Source of the DNA: an uncultured Candidatus Saccharibacteria bacterium
GTDB lineage: Bacteria; Patescibacteriota; Minisyncoccia; Phycocordibacterales; UBA12445
Assembly (NCBI GenBank): GCA_964649715.1
Contig: CAZYTH010000004.1
Location: forward strand, 18,135-82,134
Reading direction: 5' to 3'
Length of the DNA: 64,000 bases
The notes under the pieces are model-generated. The model made no database searches. It was not told the origin of the DNA and was given only the letters and a program-made list of their open reading frames with translations. The first letter of the stretch is position 1. The number at the start of each line of letters is the position of its first letter. Position numbers and translations under genes: made by a program. Shown here in pieces: positions 18,950-29,739 of this stretch.

Positions 18950-20602
18950 ATGACACAAAAAGAGGCACTCGATATATTAAAAATGGGGCACAACGCCTTT
19001 ATTACCGGCGCGGCTGGAAGCGGTAAGACGCATCTCTTAAATGAATATATAAAATATCTTAAAGACAATGATGTTGATATTGGTATCACAGCTTCTACCG
19101 GCATAGCAGCCTCTCACATGGGAGGGCAAACCATTCACGCTTGGTCTGGTATTGGTGTAAGAGACTCGCTTTCTCCATACGACATAGAAGGTCTTGAGGA
19201 AAGATCTTATTTATGGAAAAGATTTGAGAGGGCGAAGGTCTTGATAATAGACGAGATTTCGATGTTGCATCATTTTAGGTTGGATCTTGTGGAACAAATC
19301 CTACGTTCTTTTAAAAGAAACAATGAACCATTTGGAGGATTACAGGTTGTTTTCTGTGGTGATTTTTTTCAGCTTCCGCCAGTCTCAAGACAGGGGGAAC
19401 AAGAAGCTTTTTTCGCTTATCACTCAAGAAGCTGGAAAGAACTATCACCAAAGATATGTTATTTAAATGAGCAACACAGACAAAATGATTCTTCTTTTTT
19501 GGAAATATTGAATTCTATTAGAGGAAATAGCGTATCTGATAAAATTAAAGGGAAACTTTTATCAAGACACAAAAAAATAAAAGAAGACGTGGATGGGTTA
19601 ACAAAAATATATACACATAACGCTGACGTGGATATGGAAAACGAAAGAGAGCTAGAGAATCTTTCTGGCAGAATATTTGAGTACAAAATGATTAACAAGG
19701 GACACGAATTTTTATCTGAAACATTAAAAAAGGGATGTCTTTCTCCAGAAAACTTGCGCCTGAAAAAAAATGCGAGAGTAATATTTACAAAGAATAATTT
19801 TGAGTGTGGTTATGTTAACGGCACACAGGGGATAGTTACTGCTTGCGATGGCTCTGGTATTAAGGTAAGAACACTGGGGGGAAAAACGATAGAGGTGCCT
19901 CTTGCCACATGGGTTATCGAAGAAGATGGAAAAATAAAGGCTGAAATCACTCAGTATCCTCTTCGTCTTGCATGGGCTATTACTGTCCACAAAAGCCAAG
20001 GAATGAGTCTTGACAGCGCAGAGATAGATCTTTCTAGGGCATTTGAGAGCGGAATGGGCTATGTTGCTCTTTCACGGTTAAGATCCCTTGATGGGTTATT
20101 TTTGACTGGCCTAAACGACACCGCTTTAAAAGTTGATGAGGAGGTCTTTGAATTCGATCAACGATTTAGTGATTCTTCCTCTGCACACAAAGCAGAGTTG
20201 GCTGAATTGGATCCAAAAACTATTAAAGAAAAACAAGAAGAATTTTTAAATAAAATCTCCCCACGGGGTGGTAAGAAAAATAAAAAGAAAAAACTAACAA
20301 CATTTGAGATAACAAAAAAAATGCTAGAAGATGGTAAGTCTCTTCTGGAAATTGCGGTTGAACGTGACCTAAACTCCACCACGATACTTGACCACTGTGA
20401 GAAAATAAAAACAACCGAACCAGGGTTTGATTTTAGCGGGGTGACTAAAATAATTAGCGCTTCTCGGCAAAAGAAAATACGAGATGCCTTGATAAGGTGT
20501 GGTAAAGAAAACGGTAAATATCTGCTATCCCCGGCGAAGAATAAACTTGGTCCAGGATTTAGTTTTGACGAAATAAGATTGATTAGGCTTTTGTTAAATT
20601 AA
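18950..20602 (+). CDS. Pif1/RecD-family ATP-dependent DNA helicase
   Basis: Walker A GAAGSGKTH, Walker B LIIDEISM, PIF1-like motifs, a C-terminal 2B/SH3-like part and an HTH tail. Confidence 0.75.
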   Translation: MTQKEALDILKMGHNAFITGAAGSGKTHLLNEYIKYLKDNDVDIGITASTGIAASHMGGQTIHAWSGIGVRDSLSPYDIEGLEERSYLWKRFERAKVLIIDEISMLHHFRLDLVEQILRSFKRNNEPFGGLQVVFCGDFFQLPPVSRQGEQEAFFAYHSRSWKELSPKICYLNEQHRQNDSSFLEILNSIRGNSVSDKIKGKLLSRHKKIKEDVDGLTKIYTHNADVDMENERELENLSGRIFEYKMINKGHEFLSETLKKGCLSPENLRLKKNARVIFTKNNFECGYVNGTQGIVTACDGSGIKVRTLGGKTIEVPLATWVIEEDGKIKAEITQYPLRLAWAITVHKSQGMSLDSAEIDLSRAFESGMGYVALSRLRSLDGLFLTGLNDTALKVDEEVFEFDQRFSDSSSAHKAELAELDPKTIKEKQEEFLNKISPRGGKKNKKKKLTTFEITKKMLEDGKSLLEIAVERDLNSTTILDHCEKIKTTEPGFDFSGVTKIISASRQKKIRDALIRCGKENGKYLLSPAKNKLGPGFSFDEIRLIRLLLN

Positions 20603-20603
20603 G

Positions 20604-21362
20604 ATGAGAAAACGATTAACACACACAATCGTAAAAAAAACATTAAAAGATTTATCTGACCCGAAGAAAGCAACGATTCTAAAAAGATTTTTTAAAACAA
20701 AAAAAGGAGAATACGGAGAGGGGGATAAATTTTTGGGGGTTATGGTGCCGATACAAAGAAAGATTGCTTCTGAGTTTAAAGAACTCTCCCTAATTGAAAC
20801 AGAAAAATTACTGCATGGTAAATTTCACGAAGAAAGAATGACCGCTTTGCTTATTTTAATTTTTAAATTTAAAGTTGGAGAAGAAGCGGAAAGAAAAGAT
20901 ATTTTTGAGCTATACAAAAGAAACACAAAAAACATAAATAGTTGGGATCTGGTTGATATTTCTGCTTCAAATATTATCGGTGAGTATTTAAAAGACAAGG
21001 ATCGGAAAATTTTGTATAAATATGCCCGCTCAAAATGTCTTTGGGATAGGAGAATTAGTGTAGTGTCTACCCTTGCTTTTGTTAGGAAGGGCGATTTTTT
21101 TGATGCTTTAAAAATATCCGAAAAACTTCTTCGGGATAAGCAAGATTTAATACATAAGGCAGTTGGGTGGGTTCTAAGAGAAGTCAGTAAAAGATGTGGT
21201 GAGGAATTTGAAGAATATTTTCTGCAACAACACTACAAAACAATGCCTCGCACGATGCTCAGGTATGCGATAGAAAGATTTCCCGAGAAAAAGAGAAAGG
21301 CTTATTTAAATGGAGAAATAACCAAAAAAGTTTATTCTTCTGTTCCTAGAATTTTTTTATAG
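20604..21362 (+). CDS. DNA alkylation repair protein (AlkD/AlkC HEAT-like repeat glycosylase family)
   Basis: Characteristic repeat architecture and motifs (NSWDLVD, WVLRE). Confidence 0.65.
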   Translation: MRKRLTHTIVKKTLKDLSDPKKATILKRFFKTKKGEYGEGDKFLGVMVPIQRKIASEFKELSLIETEKLLHGKFHEERMTALLILIFKFKVGEEAERKDIFELYKRNTKNINSWDLVDISASNIIGEYLKDKDRKILYKYARSKCLWDRRISVVSTLAFVRKGDFFDALKISEKLLRDKQDLIHKAVGWVLREVSKRCGEEFEEYFLQQHYKTMPRTMLRYAIERFPEKKRKAYLNGEITKKVYSSVPRIFL

Positions 21363-22363
21363 ACCTTTTCATAACCTGAAACCATTTTCTCGACGCTAAA
21401 TAAATGTTCCGCTCTTTTTCTTGAGTCATTTCTATTAAGAGCGTTTAACGACTTAATCGCCTTAACGGCTTCATCTACATTCTCGACAATAAACCCGGTC
21501 GAACCATGTTTTACAACTTCCGGAACCGAGCCGTTGTTCCATGCAATAACTGGTGTTCCGCAAGACATGGCCTCGATCATTACGTAACCAAAGACCTCCT
21601 GACATTGAGTAGGAAATATTAAAGCCTTTGCATTTTGAAGTAATTCAATTTTATCGTTAAAGGATTGTTCTCCTATATATCTAACGATTTTACCGTCCAC
21701 ATTCTTTTCTATTTTTGAATGCCAATAACCTTCTGTTGGATAGGTTCTACCGGCGATTAACAGCTGGACGCCGGCTTGCTTTGCTGCCTCTATGGCGAAA
21801 TGAACTCCCTTATCTTCAGTTACCCTGCCCAGGTATATTATGTAATCTTTTGGCTTGGGGTTGAATGAAAAAATATTTGTATCAACACCATGATAGATGT
21901 TTGCAACCCAATTTAGCTCAGGCATCAATCTTCTTTGAGCATAAGAGAACGATATATATTTTAAATTTTTGAACTCTGAAAGAAAAGGCCTGATTTGATC
22001 ATCAATCGGGCTATGGATAGATATCAGGGTTGGTGTTTTTACTAGATCACAATAAAAAGAGCTTAGCAGTGTAAAGTGACTGTGTATCAAATCAAAATCA
22101 CTTGCTTTTTTGTAGCACTTGGAGATCAATAGGTTTGTATAATGTTTTTTCTCTCTTTCAGTGAGATGCAGACCCTCGTTTAAGGCGATTGGGTATGTAC
22201 TGAATAGTTCAGCCTCTGTTTTCGAATCGCCTGATGCGAAAAGAGTGACTTCATTACCCTTATTTTTTAGTCCACTAGAAAGACAGCCCACGTGTGAGTA
22301 GATGGCGTTGTTGGCAATAGGATTAACAGCATGAAGATTTGATACTAATTGAGCTATTTTCAT
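21332..22363 (-). CDS. glycosyltransferase family 4 (GT-B)
   Basis: C-terminal GT1/GT4 motif EVFGYVMIEAMSCGTPVIA. Confidence 0.8.
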   Translation of the reverse strand: MKIAQLVSNLHAVNPIANNAIYSHVGCLSSGLKNKGNEVTLFASGDSKTEAELFSTYPIALNEGLHLTEREKKHYTNLLISKCYKKASDFDLIHSHFTLLSSFYCDLVKTPTLISIHSPIDDQIRPFLSEFKNLKYISFSYAQRRLMPELNWVANIYHGVDTNIFSFNPKPKDYIIYLGRVTEDKGVHFAIEAAKQAGVQLLIAGRTYPTEGYWHSKIEKNVDGKIVRYIGEQSFNDKIELLQNAKALIFPTQCQEVFGYVMIEAMSCGTPVIAWNNGSVPEVVKHGSTGFIVENVDEAVKAIKSLNALNRNDSRKRAEHLFSVEKMVSGYEKVYKKILGTEE

Positions 22364-22366
22364 TAT

Positions 22367-23554
22367 TTATTTCTTTATTTTATTAAATAATCTCTCAAGT
22401 TTATTAACGACGGTGTGAGGATCATGGGTTTTCTTTAGCAAATTTACAAATTTCTGAGGATACTTTTTATTTCTAAAAGAGCTTATTTTAGAAAAAGCTT
22501 TTTTATGATTAGAAAAGTCAACAATAAAATTCTCTAGTTTATTTTTCTTAAATAAGTCTGCATAACCAACGTTTTTTGAAATAAAAGTTGGTACCCCCTC
22601 AAGAGCTGCTTCCAAAACCACGTGGGGGGAAACATCAAAAAAAGAAGGGAGAAGTAACAAATCCATTTTTCTGTAAAAATTTCTTAAGCTCTTCTGATCC
22701 ATTGGAGCAACCACATTAATTTTTTTTCTGTATTCATCCTTAAGTTCTTTATCTATATTTGTGTCTGGTATTGTTGTCACAGCAAAAAATTTCCAATTCT
22801 TACCATCTTCAACAGACTCCTTGGCAACCCCTAAGAATGCTCTGTGGTTTTTTATTCTATCCCATCTAGCAACAATTCCAATATTAATATCATTTTTTAC
22901 TATATTTTTCTTAATTTTAGGAACCCCATAAGACTCACAAGGGAGAGGTATTATCTCTATTTTTGATTCCGGTATTTTATATATATTTTTTCTGAAATAA
23001 TTTTTAGTTGTTTCGTTTAAAAATACATTAACAGTTGGAAGTGTGGCAAAATCTCTTTCCATCTCTTTCATTACCTTGATTCCATCGGGAGTAAATCTGT
23101 CAGCATAAAGATCTATTTCTACCCCCCATAGTCCTGCATGCAACGCAACGATTGGTGTCCCTACCGAATAAGCTGCTCGTAAGTATTCCCACGAGAAGGC
23201 CGAAGATCCGTTTATAAAAACAACATCCGGTTGTTCTTCTTTAATAATTTTTGTTATCTCGGCAATAAGCTCTTTGCCTGCAATGATAGGCTTTTTATAT
23301 TTTTTTATCCCCGTATGCCTAGTATAGAGAAACTCCTTAGGCGTGGACACAATCCACCATTTTTTATTTTTCTTACCTTTGATTAATTCTGATGTTATTT
23401 TATCACCTTCGTATTTTTCCACTAACCCTACCCACGCATAACCCTTCTCTGTAAAAAGATTAGACAACAGTCTTGTATTTCTAGAAGGTCCTCCTTTTGT
23501 CGGCCATTTATTATCAGGCAGATTAGACATATAGTCATTTGAGAATATTTTCAT
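22367..23554 (-). CDS. glycosyltransferase (GT-B, GT4-like)
   Basis: GT-B C-terminal domain pattern (LLLPSFFDVSPHVVLEAALEGVPTF). Adjacent to and co-oriented with the other GT. Confidence 0.7.
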   Translation of the reverse strand: MKIFSNDYMSNLPDNKWPTKGGPSRNTRLLSNLFTEKGYAWVGLVEKYEGDKITSELIKGKKNKKWWIVSTPKEFLYTRHTGIKKYKKPIIAGKELIAEITKIIKEEQPDVVFINGSSAFSWEYLRAAYSVGTPIVALHAGLWGVEIDLYADRFTPDGIKVMKEMERDFATLPTVNVFLNETTKNYFRKNIYKIPESKIEIIPLPCESYGVPKIKKNIVKNDINIGIVARWDRIKNHRAFLGVAKESVEDGKNWKFFAVTTIPDTNIDKELKDEYRKKINVVAPMDQKSLRNFYRKMDLLLLPSFFDVSPHVVLEAALEGVPTFISKNVGYADLFKKNKLENFIVDFSNHKKAFSKISSFRNKKYPQKFVNLLKKTHDPHTVVNKLERLFNKIKK

Positions 23555-23748
23555 ATTTACATAATACTCATTTTGTGTTTTTATTCAAGCTTTTTTCAAA
23601 AAATAGTTAACTGCTAATATTTTTAACTCTAAGATGTTATAATATTTTTGATTATTGAAATATTATATAAAAAATGACGTATGTTTTTTGGTAATTGGGG
23701 ATCGAGGGGTGCCTGTTTATTTTAGTGGAGTTATCTCAAATTAAAAAC

Positions 23749-24213
23749 ATGAATATAAAATTTATAGAAGATGCGATTAGATTATCTCGAGAGAGCGTAC
23801 AGACAGGAGGTGGTCCCTTTGGGGCTGTGGTTATTCACAACGGAGAAATTATTGGGATGGGCATGAATAGGGTCGTTCCCTTTAATGACCCAACAGCACA
23901 TGCAGAAATAGTTGCAATAAGAAATGCTTGTTTAAAAACAGGAAAACACGAACTATTTAATTCTGAAATATACACTTCATGCGAACCTTGCCCCATGTGT
24001 CTAGGTGCTATTTATTGGTCTGGCATAAAAAAAATATATTATGCCAACGATAGAAATGATGCAGAGAATATAGGTTTTAGTGATAATTTTATATATGAAG
24101 AAATTTCCAAAGAGAAAAAAGATCGAAAAATAGAAATTATAAAAATTGAGAACATTGAGGCTAAAAAAGTTTTTGAAGAATGGAAAGAGAAAGTAGACAA
24201 AATAATGTATTAG
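23749..24213 (+). CDS. guanine deaminase-like CDA-fold deaminase (GuaD/TadA family)
   Basis: GGPFGAVV ... HAEIVAIRNAC ... SCEPCPMCLGAIYW zinc motifs, closely patterned on B. subtilis GuaD. The internal ATG at 23749 is preferred over the track start at 23695. Confidence 0.75.
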   Translation: MNIKFIEDAIRLSRESVQTGGGPFGAVVIHNGEIIGMGMNRVVPFNDPTAHAEIVAIRNACLKTGKHELFNSEIYTSCEPCPMCLGAIYWSGIKKIYYANDRNDAENIGFSDNFIYEEISKEKKDRKIEIIKIENIEAKKVFEEWKEKVDKIMY

Positions 24214-24872
24214 ACAATCTCAAAGAAGGAATTGTTCTTATTGATAAGCCAAGGGGCATCACTTCTTTTGATGTCATAAGAATATTAAGAAAAAAAACAT
24301 CTATCAAAAAAATGGGTCATTCGGGAACCCTGGATCCAATGGCATCGGGTTTGCTTATTGTTGCTATCGGTCGATATACAAAAGAATTAAATAAATTATT
24401 AAAATTACCAAAAGAATATATAGCTGATATCCAATTTGGGAATAAAACTGATACAGGTGACATCACTGGTAATATATTAGAGACGAAAGCCGTGCCTGAA
24501 TTAAGTAAGTCTCTGATTGAAGATGTTTTAAATAAGATTACTGGAGTAAATGATATTTGCGTTCCTTTTTTTTCTGCGATAAAAAAAGAGGGGAGGTCTC
24601 TTTATAAATATGCAAGGAGGGGGGAATCGATAGAGCTTCCAAGAAAAAAAATGACAGTAATAAAAACTGAACTATTGGGAATCAAAGGGAGCATTATTTC
24701 TGTTCGTTTTTTTGTAGAAAGTGGAACATATATAAGAAGTCTCGGAGAGGAAATAGGCAAAATGATTGGCACGTTTGCCACACTAAGTAATCTAAGGAGA
24801 TTGAAGGTAGGAAATTATTCTGTTGAAGAAGCTCTGAAATTAGAAGCAAATGAACTATTCAAAAGACTCTAA
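24180..24872 (+). CDS. truB: tRNA pseudouridine(55) synthase
   Basis: GHSGTLDPMASGLLIVAIG catalytic motif and a downstream TDTGD block. Confidence 0.85.
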   Translation: MERESRQNNVLDNLKEGIVLIDKPRGITSFDVIRILRKKTSIKKMGHSGTLDPMASGLLIVAIGRYTKELNKLLKLPKEYIADIQFGNKTDTGDITGNILETKAVPELSKSLIEDVLNKITGVNDICVPFFSAIKKEGRSLYKYARRGESIELPRKKMTVIKTELLGIKGSIISVRFFVESGTYIRSLGEEIGKMIGTFATLSNLRRLKVGNYSVEEALKLEANELFKRL

Positions 24873-24909
24873 TTGTAGTATCTTGTAATTACAATAATTA
24901 TAAAAAATA

Positions 24910-25284
24910 ATGGGAAAAATGGAAAATTTTGGTCAACCTAATTCCGGAAAAAAAAGAGAAAAACAAGAGATGGTGGTTAACTTTGAGGTTGGATCAATAG
25001 TAGAATGGGATCCAAAAATGTTTTCTGATCCAGTGCACCCAAGGGGTAGAACAATCAAGGATGGTGCTTTTGAGGTTGTCGAAATATTAGTTATGGGTAA
25101 AAAAAACAGAGAGGTAAGAAGTATCGGAAAAATCATAGAACAGGTTGTTCGTATAAGACCCGTAGAAGTTAAAAACAAAAAGAATAAATTAGCCAAAAAA
25201 GAAGAGAATCTGGTGGAAGAAGATGAAAATTCAAAAATAAAATACATAGATGTATCATCAAGATATCTAAGGTTAAAAAAATAA
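24910..25284 (+). CDS. hypothetical basic protein (124 aa)
   Basis: ORF only. Lys/Glu-rich C-terminus. Confidence 0.4.
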   Translation: MGKMENFGQPNSGKKREKQEMVVNFEVGSIVEWDPKMFSDPVHPRGRTIKDGAFEVVEILVMGKKNREVRSIGKIIEQVVRIRPVEVKNKKNKLAKKEENLVEEDENSKIKYIDVSSRYLRLKK

Positions 25285-25295
25285 TTTTACAAAAA

Positions 25296-25757
25296 GTGAA
25301 AAAGCAAAAGTTTTTAAAAATAAAAAGAATAGATCGAGACTTACCATTGCCGGAATACAAGACAGATGGTTCTGTTGCCTTTGATTTCTTTATCAGAGAA
25401 AAAACCATCGTGCTTGCGAAAGAAATAAAATATATTGCTCTTAATGTTTGTATTCAAATACCAAAGGGTTTTACGCTTTTAATGGCACCAAGGAGCTCTA
25501 TGCACAAAAGAGGTTTAACGCTCGCAAATAGCGTAGCTGTTTTTGATGAAGATTTTTGTGGAGATGGAGATGAATATCATGCAGCTGTTTTTAATTTTAC
25601 AGAAAAAGATGTTACACTTGAAAAAGGAGATCGTCTAACTCAAGGGTTTTTGTTCCCAACGACAAAGGCTAAATGGAAAGAGGTTGCTTATATGAAAAAC
25701 AAAGATCGCGGTGGTTTTGGAAGTACGGGTTGTGGATTAAAAAAAAATGAAAAATAA
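25296..25757 (+). CDS. dut: dUTP diphosphatase (trimeric dUTPase family)
   Basis: Five dUTPase motifs are recognisable: AFDFF, PRSS, VFDEDF, GDRLTQ and RGGFGSTG. Confidence 0.75.
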   Translation: MKKQKFLKIKRIDRDLPLPEYKTDGSVAFDFFIREKTIVLAKEIKYIALNVCIQIPKGFTLLMAPRSSMHKRGLTLANSVAVFDEDFCGDGDEYHAAVFNFTEKDVTLEKGDRLTQGFLFPTTKAKWKEVAYMKNKDRGGFGSTGCGLKKNEK

Positions 25758-26592
25758 AAAATTTTTTTTAATCTTCACTTTAATTTCGATATTTTTCATT
25801 CTGTCTTTTTTTTATATTCGATATTATCTATCAAACAGCTTTGATATTAAAAAAGAACAAGCCGTTGTTATTTTTTATCCTTCTCCAAATTCCCATATAG
25901 AGAGTCCTTACAGAATTATGGGTCAGGCAAAGGGATACTGGTTTTTTGAGGCATCTTTTCCAATCATAATAAAAGATGCGAAAAATGGAGATGTGCTGGC
26001 AAACACAATCGCAGAAGCCACTTCAGACTGGATGACAACTGATTTCGTTCCTTTCCAGGCAGAAGTGGAGTTTGATGTAGACAGAGACACAGAATCCTTT
26101 ATTATTTTTAAAAAAGATAACCCATCAGGAATTCCTGAATATGATGCTGAGATAATGTTTCCTGTTGTTTTAAAACCAAAAATTCCCAAAAAAGTAGATG
26201 TATATCTTTATTATTATAATAAAGAAGAAGATATTTCGTTGTCAGGGGGCAATATTTCTTGTCGAGAAGAAGCAATACTTCCTGTTAAGAGAAATATTTC
26301 CTTTTCTGATAATTTGATAAGAGACTCTATTGAGCTTTTAATCAACGAGGAGCTTTTGCAAAAAGAGATAGAGAGTGGTTTTGAAAATGAATTTTTGCAT
26401 TCAGGACTTGAGGTTGAAAAAATAAATCTAGAAGACGGTATTTTAACCATTAACCTAAACGAGGTACCCGGATTCACCTCTGGCGGTTCGTGTCGAGTAG
26501 GAATACTTTCTTCTCAGATTAAAAAAACCGCCATGCAATTTGAAGGAGTAAAAGAAGTTATTTTTTTGCCAGATTCCATCTTCCAACCATAA
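25747..26592 (+). CDS. hypothetical membrane-anchored protein (281 aa)
   Basis: N-terminal TM, no diagnostic motif. Confidence 0.45.
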   Translation: MKNKKFFLIFTLISIFFILSFFYIRYYLSNSFDIKKEQAVVIFYPSPNSHIESPYRIMGQAKGYWFFEASFPIIIKDAKNGDVLANTIAEATSDWMTTDFVPFQAEVEFDVDRDTESFIIFKKDNPSGIPEYDAEIMFPVVLKPKIPKKVDVYLYYYNKEEDISLSGGNISCREEAILPVKRNISFSDNLIRDSIELLINEELLQKEIESGFENEFLHSGLEVEKINLEDGILTINLNEVPGFTSGGSCRVGILSSQIKKTAMQFEGVKEVIFLPDSIFQP

Positions 26593-26636
26593 TTGATTAA
26601 CTGGATTGTTGTTCAGCAAAGGGTTATAATTACAAA

Positions 26637-27641
26637 ATGCACAAGATAACCTCATTTGTTCTTGCGGAGACAGCTAGAGTTAAAAAAACCGAAAAAGAAC
26701 TGTCCAATCCGCTTATCTTAAAGAGCGCCCCTCACTACTTTGGAAAAAGTGTACCTGTACAATTTATTCTGGGCAAAGAAAAAGTTAATCTCGGTGGTAA
26801 AGAGGTTGAGTTTATTTTAAAAAAATACAACCCGGACACAATACTGGTTGAAGCGACAATTGAGGTTCCTGACGTTTTTGCTGATAAAATTTTAGACTTA
26901 AAGGAAGAGTTGCGACAGGCATGCTATCAATTGGCAAAAAAGAATGGAGCTAAAGATGGCCCGTCAGAAGAATATACTGTTTATCAGATTTCCGGATATA
27001 AAAACGATCCGGAGAATTTTTTAGAAACTCATGGTGATAAAATCGCCGGTTTATTAAAATCAGAAAAACTACAACTTGATGAAAAAGAGGTAGGATACAC
27101 ACTCTCTTTTAATTTTAAATATGCAAAAGATGATTTAATTATTGTTGATTGGGACGGTGCTTTTATTTTTGACCCGGAGGGTGAGGTTGGTGAAAACATC
27201 GAACTTCTAGAGTTAGCAAATTACCAACTTTTAAGATATAGAGTTCTCGACGAAGACCTAGACGGAAGAATGTCTATCGTTGCAAAATTAACTAATATAT
27301 ATGAAAAGAAAATCAGAATTTTTCCGGACAAGGAAATAACTAAGGGTTTTAAGGAAATGATTAAGATAAGATCTCAGTCGATTGTTCAGTTCGAAGCTTT
27401 AGAAAAAAGCATCAAACTTATCGGCGACTGGTATTCTGCAAGACTCTTTGAGTTGGTTTCAAAGAAATTTAGATTAGATATTTGGAAATTAACGATTAAA
27501 GACAAGTTAGAATCATTGGAAGACTCATATACTATGGTTTCTGAAAATCTTGGAATCTCAAGAATTCAGAGCATGGAATTTATAGCTCAAATGGGATGGC
27601 TTATTTTGATTGTTTTGGAATTGTGGAGTATTGCACAGTAG
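26637..27641 (+). CDS. hypothetical protein with C-terminal TM anchor (334 aa)
   Basis: Single C-terminal hydrophobic helix, no motif. Confidence 0.45.
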   Translation: MHKITSFVLAETARVKKTEKELSNPLILKSAPHYFGKSVPVQFILGKEKVNLGGKEVEFILKKYNPDTILVEATIEVPDVFADKILDLKEELRQACYQLAKKNGAKDGPSEEYTVYQISGYKNDPENFLETHGDKIAGLLKSEKLQLDEKEVGYTLSFNFKYAKDDLIIVDWDGAFIFDPEGEVGENIELLELANYQLLRYRVLDEDLDGRMSIVAKLTNIYEKKIRIFPDKEITKGFKEMIKIRSQSIVQFEALEKSIKLIGDWYSARLFELVSKKFRLDIWKLTIKDKLESLEDSYTMVSENLGISRIQSMEFIAQMGWLILIVLELWSIAQ

Positions 27642-27806
27642 TTGACCAATCGTTCTTTCATGTTCTTTGAGTTTTATATATTATTGCCTTTCTGATCGGT
27701 CGGAATTTCGGTATTCAAATATTTTTAGACTAACGAGGGAGATATTTTCGTATTTATATTTTTGGGGCTACTATTGTTTGTCGTAAGCGCGATAGCAATT
27801 TATTTT

Positions 27807-27836
27807 GAGCGGACACACTTATCCGCTTTTATTTTT
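27807..27836 (+). terminator. rho-independent terminator
   Basis: agcgga-cacactta-tccgct followed by a T-run. Confidence 0.5.
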
Positions 27837-27914
27837 ACCTATTTATGTTAATCTGGCACTAGAAATGAAATTTTAAAAATCAAAATGTTCTTCTAAACTT
27901 AAGGAGGTTAGGTA

Positions 27915-28523
27915 ATGGGAAAGATTATAATTTCTTTTTTTATCTTTATTTTAGTCCTTTTGATTGTTGTCGGATACGCCATGCAGTCTCAAAATAATAT
28001 AATTGTCCACCACGTTAAGATAAGTATCGTGGATGACGAATATGCAGTAAGGTATCGTGCCAAAATAAAAGTCGTTGGTTTATCAAAAAAAGACTTCGAA
28101 TCTGCCGCCAGAAATGCTTTTGCACGTCGTGTTGATTCAATTCGGAAATACAAGCTAACCCTTGACTCTGATGGGTGTCATCCGGAATACCTCTTAAGCA
28201 TGGTTGAAGCGAAATCCGTTGATGATATCAATGATGCCTTGGATGAGATTGACAACAGCAAAGAAAAAAAATCCGCCCAAATATCTCCAACTTCCATTGA
28301 AAAACTGACGTACTCTTACAAGATTGAACCTTCCAGGGCTGAGGAATTTAAGCAGACACTTGAACACCTCACGGAGTTACGGAGCATTGAGGTGAGAATG
28401 TGGGGAAAACCTCGCACAATCAGGGAGCAGGGGGGAGAAGAGGTTGTGTGTTTTAATTTTACCCTGACGGGAGAGGCTCGCGATATTGAGGAAGTTATCA
28501 TGGAGCTCGATCGAATATTTTAG
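27915..28523 (+). CDS. hypothetical small secreted/membrane-anchored protein (cassette A of the higher-GC island)
   Basis: Strong SD aaggaggt 7 nt upstream, an N-terminal hydrophobic segment and about 40% GC. Confidence 0.5.
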   Translation: MGKIIISFFIFILVLLIVVGYAMQSQNNIIVHHVKISIVDDEYAVRYRAKIKVVGLSKKDFESAARNAFARRVDSIRKYKLTLDSDGCHPEYLLSMVEAKSVDDINDALDEIDNSKEKKSAQISPTSIEKLTYSYKIEPSRAEEFKQTLEHLTELRSIEVRMWGKPRTIREQGGEEVVCFNFTLTGEARDIEEVIMELDRIF

Positions 28524-28549
28524 AGCCCAGGGCCAAATTTGTCTTGCCA

Positions 28550-28576
28550 ACCCACACGAAAGTGTGGGTTTTTATT
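28550..28576 (+). terminator. terminator hairpin aacccacac-gaaa-gtgtgggtt + T-run (copy 1 of a repeated hairpin)
   Basis: Perfect 9-bp stem. A near-identical stem recurs at 30286-30316. Confidence 0.7.
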
Positions 28577-28742
28577 CTACCTGCCAAAACCAAAAATTTT
28601 CCCACGATAACCACAACTTCTGTGCTTTAGCATACGGGTAATAGATTTCCTTATTTAAATAATTGAATATATTAATTAGATTTTTATTTTTACATACCCA
28701 AAAAGAAACCCTTGCTTTGGTGTAACCATCTTTCTGGGGGCA

Positions 28743-29739
28743 TGTTTAGTTAACCTTCAAGGGTGACACTGCGGATAAGTATTTTTGCCATTTTTCAATT
28801 GGAATCATCCCATTCAGATGTTTTCCCAAATGAATTCTCTCGTAGTTATAAAACTGTAAATATTCCCGCAGACTTTTCCATGTCTTCCTCGGATTTAAAT
28901 AATATTCCTGATCAATCACACCATGGGCTCGTTCGACCGCTCCATCCCAAGTTGGCGATGACTTTGGAATAAAGTAATGAGCAATTCCTTTCTCTACTAA
29001 ATATTTGTGAAAGTCCCCGCGGTTTTCTGAACCGTTGTCGCTTTGTATGCCGAGTATTTTGAAGGGGAAATATTTCTCTGCTTCTAAAAAAGAATTAATT
29101 GTCTCCTCGGCTGTCATACCCAAAGTAATGGTGGCAAACTGTAAACCAGTGTAAATATCAATGAAAGTCCGCTGGAATTTACGCATATTGTCCCCCCAGA
29201 CATACTTAGCGTCCATTTGCACCATATCACCTGGTTGTTTGGGGATTACCACCTTTTTGATCGGTGTGTACCAAGCCAGCTTCTTTTGTGGACGAAAAAC
29301 TAATCCTTTCTTTTTGTAGAATTTGTAAATTGCTGTCGTAGATATATTAATATCAAATCTTCTTTTAATCAGTAATTTCATTTTTAGTGGACCATAATTA
29401 ATTCTCGCTTTTTCATCACAGATGAATATTTTGACTTCACCTTTAATCTTGGTTTCAGGATGTTCTTTTTTGGGAAAATATTTGTGACTACCCAAATCTT
29501 TTTCTCGCCATTTGTAATATGTCTTACGAGAAATGGCATACAAGCCACAGACTTCATCAACTGTCTTGTTTGCTTTCTCAATTAAGAAATACCATTTCTG
29601 TCTGATTTTGACCGGATATGCTGGTGTTTGATTTTTGTTTGCCATTTGTATTTTTTGGCTTTCGCCCTTATGAATTCTAATAATTAACCTTTGTCACCCC
29701 AATCCTATCAGAATGTCACCTCATATGGTTAACTGTACA
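28743..29739 (-). mobile_element. IS481-like insertion sequence (about 997 bp), complete with IRs and 5-bp TSD
   Basis: Terminal inverted repeats TGTTTAGTTAACCttcaagGGTGACA (28743-28768) and, as reverse complement, TGTACAGTTAACCatatgaGGTGACA (29714-29739). Flanking GGGCA direct repeats at 28738-28742 and 29740-29744. Single transposase ORF. Confidence 0.75.
28746..29645 (-). CDS. DDE transposase (HTH + rve integrase-core, IS481/IS3-type)
   Basis: N-terminal HTH (CGLYAISRKTYYKWREK) and rve-core DDE residues (MVQMDAKYV ... QSDNGSEN ... ERAHG). Confidence 0.8.
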   Translation of the reverse strand: MANKNQTPAYPVKIRQKWYFLIEKANKTVDEVCGLYAISRKTYYKWREKDLGSHKYFPKKEHPETKIKGEVKIFICDEKARINYGPLKMKLLIKRRFDINISTTAIYKFYKKKGLVFRPQKKLAWYTPIKKVVIPKQPGDMVQMDAKYVWGDNMRKFQRTFIDIYTGLQFATITLGMTAEETINSFLEAEKYFPFKILGIQSDNGSENRGDFHKYLVEKGIAHYFIPKSSPTWDGAVERAHGVIDQEYYLNPRKTWKSLREYLQFYNYERIHLGKHLNGMIPIEKWQKYLSAVSPLKVN